Shown: one piece after another, positions 16,104 to 24,132 of the stretch
How positions within the stretch are numbered: the first letter of the stretch is position 1
Layout: each line of letters begins with the position of its first letter
DNA from: a virus
Taxonomy: Duplodnaviria > Caudoviricetes
Virus record (IMG/VR): IMGVR_UViG_3300031939_000024
Span: 1-25,761 of that record
DNA: 25,761 bases
Reading direction: 5' to 3' (one strand)
Notes under the pieces: model-generated
The model's database searches: none
Told to the model about the DNA's origin: nothing
The model's input: only the letters and a program-made list of their open reading frames with translations
Made by a program: the position numbers and the translations under genes

Positions 16104-16134
16104 TAGTGGTAGTAGCGTGTTACTATTACCACTA
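16104..16134 (+). promoter_or_regulatory. Extended -10 promoter inside a 12-bp inverted repeat
   Basis: TG-t-TACTAT (16118-16126) flanked by TAGTGGTAGTAG / CTATTACCACTA (11/12 match). Confidence 0.6.
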
Positions 16135-16221
16135 GATCGGGAGGGGATCACCTCGCCGTTTTGCGGCAGGAAAAACCCCGTCGATCGAGAGGCTGAAGCC
16201 CGAATATAGGGTCGATGCTGC

Positions 16222-16252
16222 AAGCCCCGAGTGCACCTGCACCGGGGCTTTC
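16222..16252 (+). terminator. Terminator/attenuator-like hairpin upstream of the membrane protein gene
   Basis: AAGCCCCG-a-GTGC / GCAC-CGGGGCTT followed by TC. Confidence 0.5.
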
Positions 16253-16276
16253 GCCATGTCTGGAGGTAGTTGCAGG

Positions 16277-17332
16277 GTGACCAGCACGCCATCGGTCACG
16301 CTGGCCTACCGCCGGCGTGGAAGCAAGGACTGGGTCGACATAGACCCGAACTCACCAGGCGGAGCCCGGCTGATGTCGCGGCTTCGCATCACTCAAGTGG
16401 AGGACGACGCAATGAGTACTGCGACCGTTGGGCGCGACACGCGCTCGGTCACGGTTCCACCAGGGACCATGGAGAAGATGGGCCTGCTGCTGCGGGCCAA
16501 GGCTGCCGCGAGCGAAGGCCTGAACCGGCTGATGGCCACCCCGCGCCGGGCGTGGGGCTGGCTGGTTCGCACGCTGCACCTGGAGGCGGTGAGCGAGAAC
16601 GCCAAGGCGGCGGCTAACTGGGCCAAGTCGAAGGCGTCCGGGCTGGCCCAGTTCATGGGCACCAACGGCATGATCGGTGCTGGCCTGCTGATGGTCTCCA
16701 CCGAGAACGGTCGATCGCTGGCCGGGCTGATGCTTCGCCCCCTGGGCTGGGCGCTGCGCCTGTTCGGCAAGGTGTGGAGCGGCACGCAGTCCTTCGCCGG
16801 TGACCACCTGGGATCCCCGGGGCGCTGGGTAGCCAACCGGATGGCCGACATCGGGCGGGTGGTCGTCGGCGACGGCGACGACCTGGGGCTAACCGGCAAG
16901 GCTGCGGGGCTGTGGCTGAAGTACGTCACCCCCTACACCCACCTCAACGGGCTGCCGATGATGTCTGCCCGGCTCGTGGGCACCCTGCTGGTCGCCCCGA
17001 AGGTGCTCGCACTGGTGGCGCTGCTGCCGCTCGGCTTCCTGGCCGCGCCGGCGGCCTACCTGACCACCACGGTCATCTCGATCGCTTCGATCATCATGGG
17101 CATGGACGTGTTCCTGTCGGCCAAGGCGAAGTTCTCCAAGGACAAGCGCCCGCGCAAGCTGGTGCTGGCTGAGGAGAACGACGGCAGCGTGCACATCGCC
17201 TCTTCGGCGGTCACCACCCAGTCGGGCAAGGTGAGCGACGCCACCGAGCACGACACCATCCCGCCGACCGCCGAGCCGACCAACCGGGCGGAGAAGCGGG
17301 CAGCCGGGAAGCGCTCCGGCAATCGCCACTGA
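16277..17332 (+). CDS. Putative integral membrane protein (alternative in-frame start at 16412)
   Basis: GGAGG before both GTG 16277 and ATG 16412; hydrophobic segments LVGTLLVAPKVLALVALLPLGFLAAPAAYL and VISIASIIMGMDVFL; amphipathic Trp/Gly/Arg helices. Confidence 0.8.
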   Translation: MTSTPSVTLAYRRRGSKDWVDIDPNSPGGARLMSRLRITQVEDDAMSTATVGRDTRSVTVPPGTMEKMGLLLRAKAAASEGLNRLMATPRRAWGWLVRTLHLEAVSENAKAAANWAKSKASGLAQFMGTNGMIGAGLLMVSTENGRSLAGLMLRPLGWALRLFGKVWSGTQSFAGDHLGSPGRWVANRMADIGRVVVGDGDDLGLTGKAAGLWLKYVTPYTHLNGLPMMSARLVGTLLVAPKVLALVALLPLGFLAAPAAYLTTTVISIASIIMGMDVFLSAKAKFSKDKRPRKLVLAEENDGSVHIASSAVTTQSGKVSDATEHDTIPPTAEPTNRAEKRAAGKRSGNRH

Positions 17333-17335
17333 GTC

Positions 17336-18184
17336 ATGGTCTTCTGGGATTACCAGATCGGTGACCTAGAAGCGATCGGAGTTCGGGTTGATCCGGAGCA
17401 GATCATGGTTCTGGAGCAGGGAGGGGAGGTGCTGGTGATCCAGCACCTTCTCTCCCCCTGGTGCTGGGAGGGCGATACGAGCGGCACGGACGACCAGAAC
17501 GGAGACCCGGTCTACATCCCCGTGCGGATGAAGGCCTGTTCCCCGCTGGACAAGTTCACGCCCACCTGGCAGCGGACCGACGAGGACACCGTGGCCAACC
17601 ACCTCGACCGCGAACATGGCGAGCAATGGCGCCTCTTCCCCAGCTACGTGGGGGTCGTCGAGCACCGCGTCTGGGAGGGCCCGGGGTCCTATGACGAGGG
17701 CCTGGACTGGGCCAGGGTCTGGAACGGCTACCCGGTGATGGACCAGCAAACGCTCGCCCTGATGGAGAAGATCGAGGCGGCAGCACGCTCGCGGCTGTAC
17801 GAGTCGTTCTACGAGCAGCTGACCATGGTCGTGGAGTGGGAACTCAGTGCGGAGTGGGACTCCGAGCTCCTCTGGGAGGACGTCTCGGAGTGGGAGAGGC
17901 TCGGGCTGGACCCAGATCAGGGCATGACGATGCGGGGCGTCTTCGAGGAGTTGTACGCCAACCGGATCATCGCCCGACCCGAGGCTTCCCCAGAAGAGAT
18001 CAGGAATCTGGTGCCGCTCCAGTTCGCCCCGATGTCGGACTACCTCAGAGAGGAACCGGAGGCGCTCGCACTGTGGAACCGCATGGTGTACCGGCGCGAG
18101 TCCTCCAAGCGCAAGGTCACGCAGGCACTCGAGCGCAGCCGAAGAAGCGTGTTCGAGTACAACGAAGGGACTCACTACCAGTGA
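17336..18184 (+). CDS. Hypothetical acidic, Trp-rich protein (282 aa)
   Basis: Long ORF starting 3 nt after the previous stop; no motif recognised. Confidence 0.75.
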   Translation: MVFWDYQIGDLEAIGVRVDPEQIMVLEQGGEVLVIQHLLSPWCWEGDTSGTDDQNGDPVYIPVRMKACSPLDKFTPTWQRTDEDTVANHLDREHGEQWRLFPSYVGVVEHRVWEGPGSYDEGLDWARVWNGYPVMDQQTLALMEKIEAAARSRLYESFYEQLTMVVEWELSAEWDSELLWEDVSEWERLGLDPDQGMTMRGVFEELYANRIIARPEASPEEIRNLVPLQFAPMSDYLREEPEALALWNRMVYRRESSKRKVTQALERSRRSVFEYNEGTHYQ

Positions 18185-18435
18185 CGATCATCATGATCGC
18201 CGCGGCGGCCATCGGCGCTGTCACGGCATACCGGCGCAAGGTCAAGGCTGACCCCGAAGGGGCCAGCAACACCGTGCGCAACATCCGCCAGTCGACCTCG
18301 GTCGTGCTGGCTATAGGAGACGCGATCTGGGCTGTCCTGGACGCTCTCATGCTGGTGCTGCGACGCACCGGCGGACCGCAGGTTGCCACCGCGTCCGGAC
18401 CACGGTTCGGGACGCGGGCAGCCTCGGACGAATGA
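18181..18435 (+). CDS. Small putative membrane protein (84 aa)
   Basis: GTGA overlap; hydrophobic MTIIMIAAAAIGAVTAY and VVLAIGDAIWAVLDALMLVL. Confidence 0.7.
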   Translation: MTIIMIAAAAIGAVTAYRRKVKADPEGASNTVRNIRQSTSVVLAIGDAIWAVLDALMLVLRRTGGPQVATASGPRFGTRAASDE

Positions 18436-18502
18436 CCTCCTTGGGATGAGGCCTGTGGCCCCCACCGCCCTTCGGGGTGGTGGGGGCCCGGGAGGTCTTT
18501 TT
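18434..18502. terminator. Nested hairpin terminator between the convergent arms
   Basis: Inner 14-bp stem GGCCCCCACCGCCC-TTCG-GGGTGGTGGGGGCC (cUUCGg loop); outer GACCTCC/GGAGGTC; then TTTTT on the + strand. Confidence 0.85.
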
Positions 18503-18513
18503 GCGTTTCTGGG

Positions 18514-18909
18514 CTAGTTCCCAGAGACGTCGATGCCCAAGATGTACTGCCCGGCCGGCAGCACGTAGGTGCCGCCGCTGGGGTAGCTGACCGGGGAGTC
18601 CGGAGCGGGGATCAGGTCCGAGGCGATGAAGGTGCCGTTGAAGGCCGCGTCGAAGACGCCGACCGCGACCAGGGAGGTACCCGGCGGCAGCCCGGGGAAG
18701 ACGACCGCCTCGGAGAGGGTCAGCACGTTCGGCGCCGAGCGGGTCCACACGCCCAGCTGGCGGGAGTAGACCCCACCGACCACCTCTACGCTGAGCGGGT
18801 CGGAGACCGTCTGCGGGTCGGTGAAGAACAGCGCCAGGTACAGGTCCTTGGCGTAGATGCCGTCCATCCACCCCGACACGATCTCGCTGCTGAACCGGCC
18901 GTTGGCCAT
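18514..18909 (-). CDS. Small minor tail protein (paralog family of ~135 aa)
   Basis: LYLALFFTDP..EVVGGVYSRQ...VVFP...GVFDAAFNG...PAG pattern; AAGGAG RBS; last gene of the structural arm. Confidence 0.7.
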   Translation of the reverse strand: MANGRFSSEIVSGWMDGIYAKDLYLALFFTDPQTVSDPLSVEVVGGVYSRQLGVWTRSAPNVLTLSEAVVFPGLPPGTSLVAVGVFDAAFNGTFIASDLIPAPDSPVSYPSGGTYVLPAGQYILGIDVSGN

Positions 18910-18910
18910 C

Positions 18911-21136
18911 TCATGCTCCTTGTGTGGTGCCGGGCTCGACGCGGAACATGCGCCCGAGGAAGAAGACCTCCTGGGTGGCCTGGGCGTCGCAGTAGATCAT
19001 CGCGTAGACCTGCCCGGCCATCGGGTTGGTCAGGTTGCGCTCCACGCTGTAGGGGTCGAAGTTGGAGTCGGAGAACCCACTGCTGTCGAAGGACCAGGTG
19101 TTCTCGTCGACCAGCATCCCGGTGGGTGCGTCTCCCGAGCCGTAGGAGCCCGGGAAGTAGCCGGCCTTCTCATAGAAGGTCCCGTAGGCCCGGATCATGC
19201 CCACGCTCTGGGTCGGCTGCGGGATGTTCGGGTTGGTCCGGGTGCCGTCCTGGTTGAACTCCTCGAAGCCGTCGCGCACGAACGGGTAGTGCTGGCCGGC
19301 GGCGTAAGGCCGGAACATGCCGACCTGCTCCACCGGGATCTGCGGCATCGACATGTTGTTCACGCCGCGGCTGTAGTAGAAGCTGATGTGGAAGGGCACC
19401 TGCATCACGTTGCCGTTGGCGTCGTAGGCAGCAACCTGCAGCAGCCGGATGCTGCCCGCCTGGGCCATCTTGATCGGCACGCCGAGGCTGGTGCCGCCGG
19501 GCCCGCTCTGCAGGACCCAGTTCAGGTCCGCGTTGGGTTGGGCCGGCCCCAGGCGCAGGTAGGAGCTGCGCCAGCGGGAGTCCCGCGGCGGGTGCTGGGT
19601 GGTCCAGTCCGTCCACGGGAAGGAGATGCTGTTGGGCATCCCGGAGAAGAGCTTGACCGCGCTGTAGGCGTTGTTGGAGGGGATGATCCCGCTGCCCTCG
19701 GCGTAGGACCACGGCAGCACCTGGTCGGGGATCGGCGGCTGGTACTGGCCCGCGATGAGCATCCGGGAGACCTGCAAGGCGTCACGGCCGCGGGTGCGCA
19801 CCTCCTCCACCGTCAGCGCGTCGCGGAACTTGGTATCCACCGTCAGGGTGGTCTTGTTGGTGCTCGGGGAGTGGCTGGACTTGGAGATGTGCGCCAGCAC
19901 TCCTTCCGGGCGGCCCAGGATGCCGGGGATGTGCACGTCCATGCCAGCGCGCACCAGGTGCCGCGGCAGGCTGACCCCGCCCAGCGTCGGGTCGGTGGAC
20001 AGCGTGATGGTGCCGGTCAGCCCGGGGTCGGAGAAGCGGGCCAGGTGCGCCCGGGCAACCACCGCGGCGTCGTCCGCGCTCAGCCCGGCCTGCATCTGGA
20101 CCATGACCTCCTTGGCCATCACCTGCTCGTCCAGCCAGCCGTTGTCCACCTGCTCGGGCCACACCTGGCGCAGCGCCGCCAGCGGCTCGTAGGACGTGGT
20201 CGAGCCGTCGGAGGAGACGCTCATGCCCGAGTAGGTCACCCCGGACAGCGAGGTGCCCTGCCCGAATACGGTGGTGGCCGTCTGCTCCCAGTCCTCGCTC
20301 AGGTCGAGCTCGAGGCCGGGGTCCACCGGGTCGATGACCACCGTGGTGTCCGCCGGCTCGCTGATGAAGTCGCGGTGCAGCAGCACCGGCTGGCGGTAGG
20401 CGCCGAGCTCGACGCTCCAGCGCCCGCGCTCGGAGTACATCGAGGACAGCAGCGTCTGCACGTAGCTGGTCAGCACCGGGTCCCAGCTGCCGGTCTCGCG
20501 GGTCAGCAGGCCGGTCCACTTCTCGCCCTTGCTCACCCCGGCCGGGATCAGGTAACTGGGCGTGCCCTTGGCCGGCGGGGTGTAGGTGCTGGGCCACCAT
20601 GAAGGCCAGATGATCTTCAACGGGTTGAGCCGCAGGCTGGAGCGGTGCAGGAACTGCCGGCTGATGGCCCACTCATAGGGGATCGGGCGCCCGGCGAACT
20701 CCGGCTTGGCCAGGAAGTTGTCCAGCTGCAGCAGGGCCCCCTTCAGCTGCAGCGTCAGTCCCTGGGAGCGGCTGTTGGAGACGGCATACCCCTCCCAGCG
20801 CCACTGTGGCACGAAGCCCGTCCCGTAGCCAGCGCCGAAGGGGTATGCCGCCGGCAGCGCGCCCACCCAGATCACGTCGATGTTGACGTGCTTGCGGGCC
20901 CAGGACAGGTCGCCTTGGCCCAGCCCCTCGAAGATGCTGACCTGGGGCAAGGTGATGGTCATCTGCTCGGGCCCGAACGGGTCGGAGAAGGAGAAGTCCC
21001 CGATCGTGGTCGGCTTGCCGCGGAAGAAGGAGATGTCCACCGGGGCGGAGTTGGGCGGGTGCGCCACCACCCGGAAGTGCCCGGCCAGCGAAGTGTCGCT
21101 CAGGTGCCCGGTCACCGGGCGCTGCTGGGTAGCCAT
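18911..21136 (-). CDS. Large minor tail protein (741 aa)
   Basis: Long ORF in a tightly packed structural operon; beta-rich; TGTITL...VRAGMDVHI...ISKSSHS...TTLTVD resembles baseplate-hub/tail-tip proteins. Confidence 0.65.
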   Translation of the reverse strand: MATQQRPVTGHLSDTSLAGHFRVVAHPPNSAPVDISFFRGKPTTIGDFSFSDPFGPEQMTITLPQVSIFEGLGQGDLSWARKHVNIDVIWVGALPAAYPFGAGYGTGFVPQWRWEGYAVSNSRSQGLTLQLKGALLQLDNFLAKPEFAGRPIPYEWAISRQFLHRSSLRLNPLKIIWPSWWPSTYTPPAKGTPSYLIPAGVSKGEKWTGLLTRETGSWDPVLTSYVQTLLSSMYSERGRWSVELGAYRQPVLLHRDFISEPADTTVVIDPVDPGLELDLSEDWEQTATTVFGQGTSLSGVTYSGMSVSSDGSTTSYEPLAALRQVWPEQVDNGWLDEQVMAKEVMVQMQAGLSADDAAVVARAHLARFSDPGLTGTITLSTDPTLGGVSLPRHLVRAGMDVHIPGILGRPEGVLAHISKSSHSPSTNKTTLTVDTKFRDALTVEEVRTRGRDALQVSRMLIAGQYQPPIPDQVLPWSYAEGSGIIPSNNAYSAVKLFSGMPNSISFPWTDWTTQHPPRDSRWRSSYLRLGPAQPNADLNWVLQSGPGGTSLGVPIKMAQAGSIRLLQVAAYDANGNVMQVPFHISFYYSRGVNNMSMPQIPVEQVGMFRPYAAGQHYPFVRDGFEEFNQDGTRTNPNIPQPTQSVGMIRAYGTFYEKAGYFPGSYGSGDAPTGMLVDENTWSFDSSGFSDSNFDPYSVERNLTNPMAGQVYAMIYCDAQATQEVFFLGRMFRVEPGTTQGA

Positions 21137-21142
21137 TGGCGG

Positions 21143-23698
21143 CTAGGCGACCTTGTTCGGGCCGGTCACGCCGTAGACGCTGTCCAGCTTGCTGGCCACC
21201 GACCACATCTGCGCGGCGCTGAGCGCAGTGTTGTTCCACATCGCCAGGTCCAGCAGGTCCATCCGGGCGTTGCGGTCGTTCAGGTCGAACGTGCCCGGAC
21301 GCCCGAGGTAGATCTTCATGCCTGAAGTCTCCATCGTCGGGTGGGTGAAGGAGTGCATGCCGCTGACCTTGTCCAGCACCAGCAGCCGGCCGGTGGTGGC
21401 GTTGCTGGAGTAGACCACGGCCACCGGGCGGGCGGAGAGCTGGGTGATCCGGTCGCTGCTCATCCGGCCGCCGATCTTCAGCTGGAGCAGGTCCCCGGCC
21501 AGCGAGAGCTTCAGCGGGTAGGTCCCGGCCGCCGGCGTGCCGCTGACGAAGGTGGACATGATCACCGACTCCGGCCCGCTGGGGTTGGGGTGCAGCACGC
21601 CTACGAAGGCGATGGAGAACACCGGTCCGTCGGCTACCGGCGCGCTGAGCTCCAACCAGCTGGTGCCATCGAAGATGACCCCCTGCCCGCTCTGGTCGCC
21701 CAGCCGGGAGTCGTACAGGTATGCCGGGTTGACGTAGGGCGCCTGCGGGGAGGTCATCTTCCAGTAGGTGTTGGCGTCCCCGACGCTGGCCAGCCAGGTG
21801 CTCACGCCGGTGCCCAGGTCGGTGCGTGGCACGAACTTGGACTCATCCGGCAGCCAGCGTCTGGTGGCGCCGAGGTTGACCTCGAGCGGAGCCTGTAGCG
21901 AGGAGGTGGTGGAGTACGTCAGCACGCTGGCCTCGGTCAACGAGAAGGCGCCCATCGCCGGCATGGCCACCGGGTCGGACCCGGCGACCATGTAGGTGTC
22001 GGCGGTGAAGGCCGCGTGCAGCTGCTCGATCAGGTTCTCGCTGGCCACCGGGTCGGCCACCACCCGGGCCACCACCCCAGTTCGGTTCAGCGAGGGCGTA
22101 GTGGTCATCGGGATCGGCAACGAGGGGTAGACCAGCCAGCCGACCTGGTTGGAGCTGCCGCCGTCGGTCTTGACGTAGACCTGGTCCAGCTGGGAGCCAG
22201 CGTCTTGGGAGGGCGCCACGTCGGTGGGGATGACCACCTCGATGATCTGGGTCTCCACGTTGCTGGTCGGCGGGGCCCCGTCGGCGCCGGCGTAGATCTT
22301 GCGGTCCGGGCCGTAGGAGTCCGGGCCGCCAGGCAGCACGCTCCAGTCGAAGATGCCAAGCGCGATATCGTCCAGGGTGAAGTCGGGCCCGTAGTCGATC
22401 ATCGGCTTGGCGTTGTACTGGGAGGCCAGCGAGCCCAGCCCCTGCCCGTAGAGGTAGACGTGGTCGTTGACGAAGCCGTAGGTCTTGTAGACGAACCACA
22501 GGTGCGGGGTCGGGGTGTTGGTGCTGACCTCGCTCTCGTAGATGTACTCGGCGGTGTCGTCGTGCGCGATCCGCTCGAAGCCCGCGTTCTCGTACAGGCT
22601 TTCCACCGCTACCGGGGAGGAGAGGGCCGCGATGCCCGCGTTCTCGTACAGGCTCTCGATCCCCAGCGAGCTCAGCGGTCCCAGGAGTGCGCCGACGTTC
22701 TCCTCGAAGTACTCCGTGGCGCTGGATCTGGCCAGGTAGATCTGCAGCGCGCTCGGCACCGACCACGGTCCCCAGGTGGTTCCGTCGCCGGCGCGCGCCC
22801 GCCAGTAGCTGGTCTTGCCGTCCGGCAGGTTGATGCCGACCTGGGTGTCCACCTCGCCGGGGTTGATCCCGGTCAGCACCACGTCCCAGGTGACGTTGGG
22901 TGAGGAGAAGTCCAGGCTGGCCGAGGTCTGGAACTCCACCTGGAAGGGCTTGGGGGTGCCGTCGGCCAGTACCCGCAGCACCGGGGTGCGGGTCAGCAGG
23001 TAGCTCTTGGGGTCCGGGCCGATGGCCGCGACGTCGTAGGTCGCGCGCAGCACCACCGCGGAGCCGTTGATCGCCCCGAGGTAGCTGGATCCGGCCGGGT
23101 CGTTGACGATGAAGGAGGCCTTGAAGGCCCCGGTGACGCTGGCCGCCGAGCTCCACGTCTCGTTCAGCGTGGTCTCGGAGGCCGCCTCCTGGGTGAACAG
23201 GGCCGCGGCGTTGTCCGGGTCGCCCGCCCGCAGGAACAGCGGCCCGCCGTTGCTGGCGAAGATCTGTGCCGGCCCACCGGTGCGCGCGGTGATGAAGTGG
23301 TAGATGTCCTGACCGGTGCTGATGGCCAGGTAGTTGGTGGCCTGGTCGGCCGTCGGGTCGGCGTTGGTCCAGAAGGACAGCACCGGGTCCAGCACGTTGA
23401 AGGTGCCGGCCTTGAAGGCCAGCACCGCCCAGGTACCGGTGCTGGTCCCGCTGAGGTCGTAGTAGACCTGGGCGGCGCTGACGTCGCTGGCGTCGGCGAT
23501 CTTCCAGGCGAACAGCCCGCTCTGGTTGGTCCCCGCCAGCGCGCTCTCTACGGTCCAGGCGCTGGAGATGGTGGGGGTGTAGCGGTCCCCGACCAGCAGC
23601 ACCAGCAGGTCGCCTGCCTGCAGCGGGGTGGGGAAGGCGGCATACGCACGCGAGCCGCTGCCGTGGTAGCCGTTGGTGACCCCGCGGAGGTCGGCCAC
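21143..23698 (-). CDS. Multi-domain minor tail/receptor-binding protein (851 aa)
   Basis: N-terminal GDLLVLLVG...FAWKIA domain; FN3-like YWRARAGDGTTWGPWS; ~18-aa repeats; IPT-like VYLYGQGLG; C-terminal LamG-like GVIFDGTSWL...MWNNTALS. Confidence 0.75.
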   Translation of the reverse strand: MADLRGVTNGYHGSGSRAYAAFPTPLQAGDLLVLLVGDRYTPTISSAWTVESALAGTNQSGLFAWKIADASDVSAAQVYYDLSGTSTGTWAVLAFKAGTFNVLDPVLSFWTNADPTADQATNYLAISTGQDIYHFITARTGGPAQIFASNGGPLFLRAGDPDNAAALFTQEAASETTLNETWSSAASVTGAFKASFIVNDPAGSSYLGAINGSAVVLRATYDVAAIGPDPKSYLLTRTPVLRVLADGTPKPFQVEFQTSASLDFSSPNVTWDVVLTGINPGEVDTQVGINLPDGKTSYWRARAGDGTTWGPWSVPSALQIYLARSSATEYFEENVGALLGPLSSLGIESLYENAGIAALSSPVAVESLYENAGFERIAHDDTAEYIYESEVSTNTPTPHLWFVYKTYGFVNDHVYLYGQGLGSLASQYNAKPMIDYGPDFTLDDIALGIFDWSVLPGGPDSYGPDRKIYAGADGAPPTSNVETQIIEVVIPTDVAPSQDAGSQLDQVYVKTDGGSSNQVGWLVYPSLPIPMTTTPSLNRTGVVARVVADPVASENLIEQLHAAFTADTYMVAGSDPVAMPAMGAFSLTEASVLTYSTTSSLQAPLEVNLGATRRWLPDESKFVPRTDLGTGVSTWLASVGDANTYWKMTSPQAPYVNPAYLYDSRLGDQSGQGVIFDGTSWLELSAPVADGPVFSIAFVGVLHPNPSGPESVIMSTFVSGTPAAGTYPLKLSLAGDLLQLKIGGRMSSDRITQLSARPVAVVYSSNATTGRLLVLDKVSGMHSFTHPTMETSGMKIYLGRPGTFDLNDRNARMDLLDLAMWNNTALSAAQMWSVASKLDSVYGVTGPNKVA
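22526..22714 (-). repeat. Four degenerate 18-19-aa tandem repeats in the tail protein
   Basis: EYFEENVG / ESLYENAG / ESLYENAG / EYIYESEV; exact 21-bp direct repeat at 22580-22600 and 22634-22654 (54-bp period). Confidence 0.8.
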
Positions 23699-23699
23699 C

Positions 23700-24128
23700 T
23701 CAGCCTGCCTGGGTCAGGGTCATCCCGCCGGCGGGGATGCGGGGCTGGTCGCCCGACTGGGCCACGACGAACGGGTTGGACAGCGGCCCGGCATACCAGA
23801 GCGTCCCTCCGCTCGGCGCGTCGAAGATCGCCCAGTAGTCCAGCGGGTCGGTGATCGACCACAACCCGGTGGCGGCCGGCCAGACGATGGTGCTGAACAG
23901 GCTCACCTGGATGGCGTCGGCGGCGATGGTTCCCCACAGCGAGCTGTCGTTGGGGGTGGTGGCCCGGCCATAGCCGCCCACGCCGTCGGTCGGCTCGATG
24001 CCCGAGACGAACGGGCTGCCCTTCATGGCCGCCCAGTACAGCGTCGCCAGGCTCATCGTGGGGTGACGGTCGTTGCCGAAGTGGGCCCTGATGGAGAAGT
24101 TGCGTGCGGTGCGGCTCATCGAGGACAC
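23700..24128 (-). CDS. Small minor tail protein (paralog family of ~135 aa)
   Basis: LYWAAMKGSP...EP....GYGR...IVWP.ATG.W...AIFDAPSGGTL...IPAG; GGAG RBS before GTG. Confidence 0.7.
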   Translation of the reverse strand: MSSMSRTARNFSIRAHFGNDRHPTMSLATLYWAAMKGSPFVSGIEPTDGVGGYGRATTPNDSSLWGTIAADAIQVSLFSTIVWPAATGLWSITDPLDYWAIFDAPSGGTLWYAGPLSNPFVVAQSGDQPRIPAGGMTLTQAG

Positions 24129-24132
24129 GAGA

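Noticed and set aside
16136-16220. Known riboswitch, HDV-like or hammerhead ribozyme, or tRNA
   Set aside because: The partial resemblances (stem followed by CGAA; ATCGAGAG) lack the other required helices and conserved cores, and there is no TTCRA T-loop. Kept only as an unknown structured leader.
21143-23698. Diversity-generating retroelement target in the tail protein
   Set aside because: No reverse transcriptase and no adenine-variable TR/VR pair were seen in the window.
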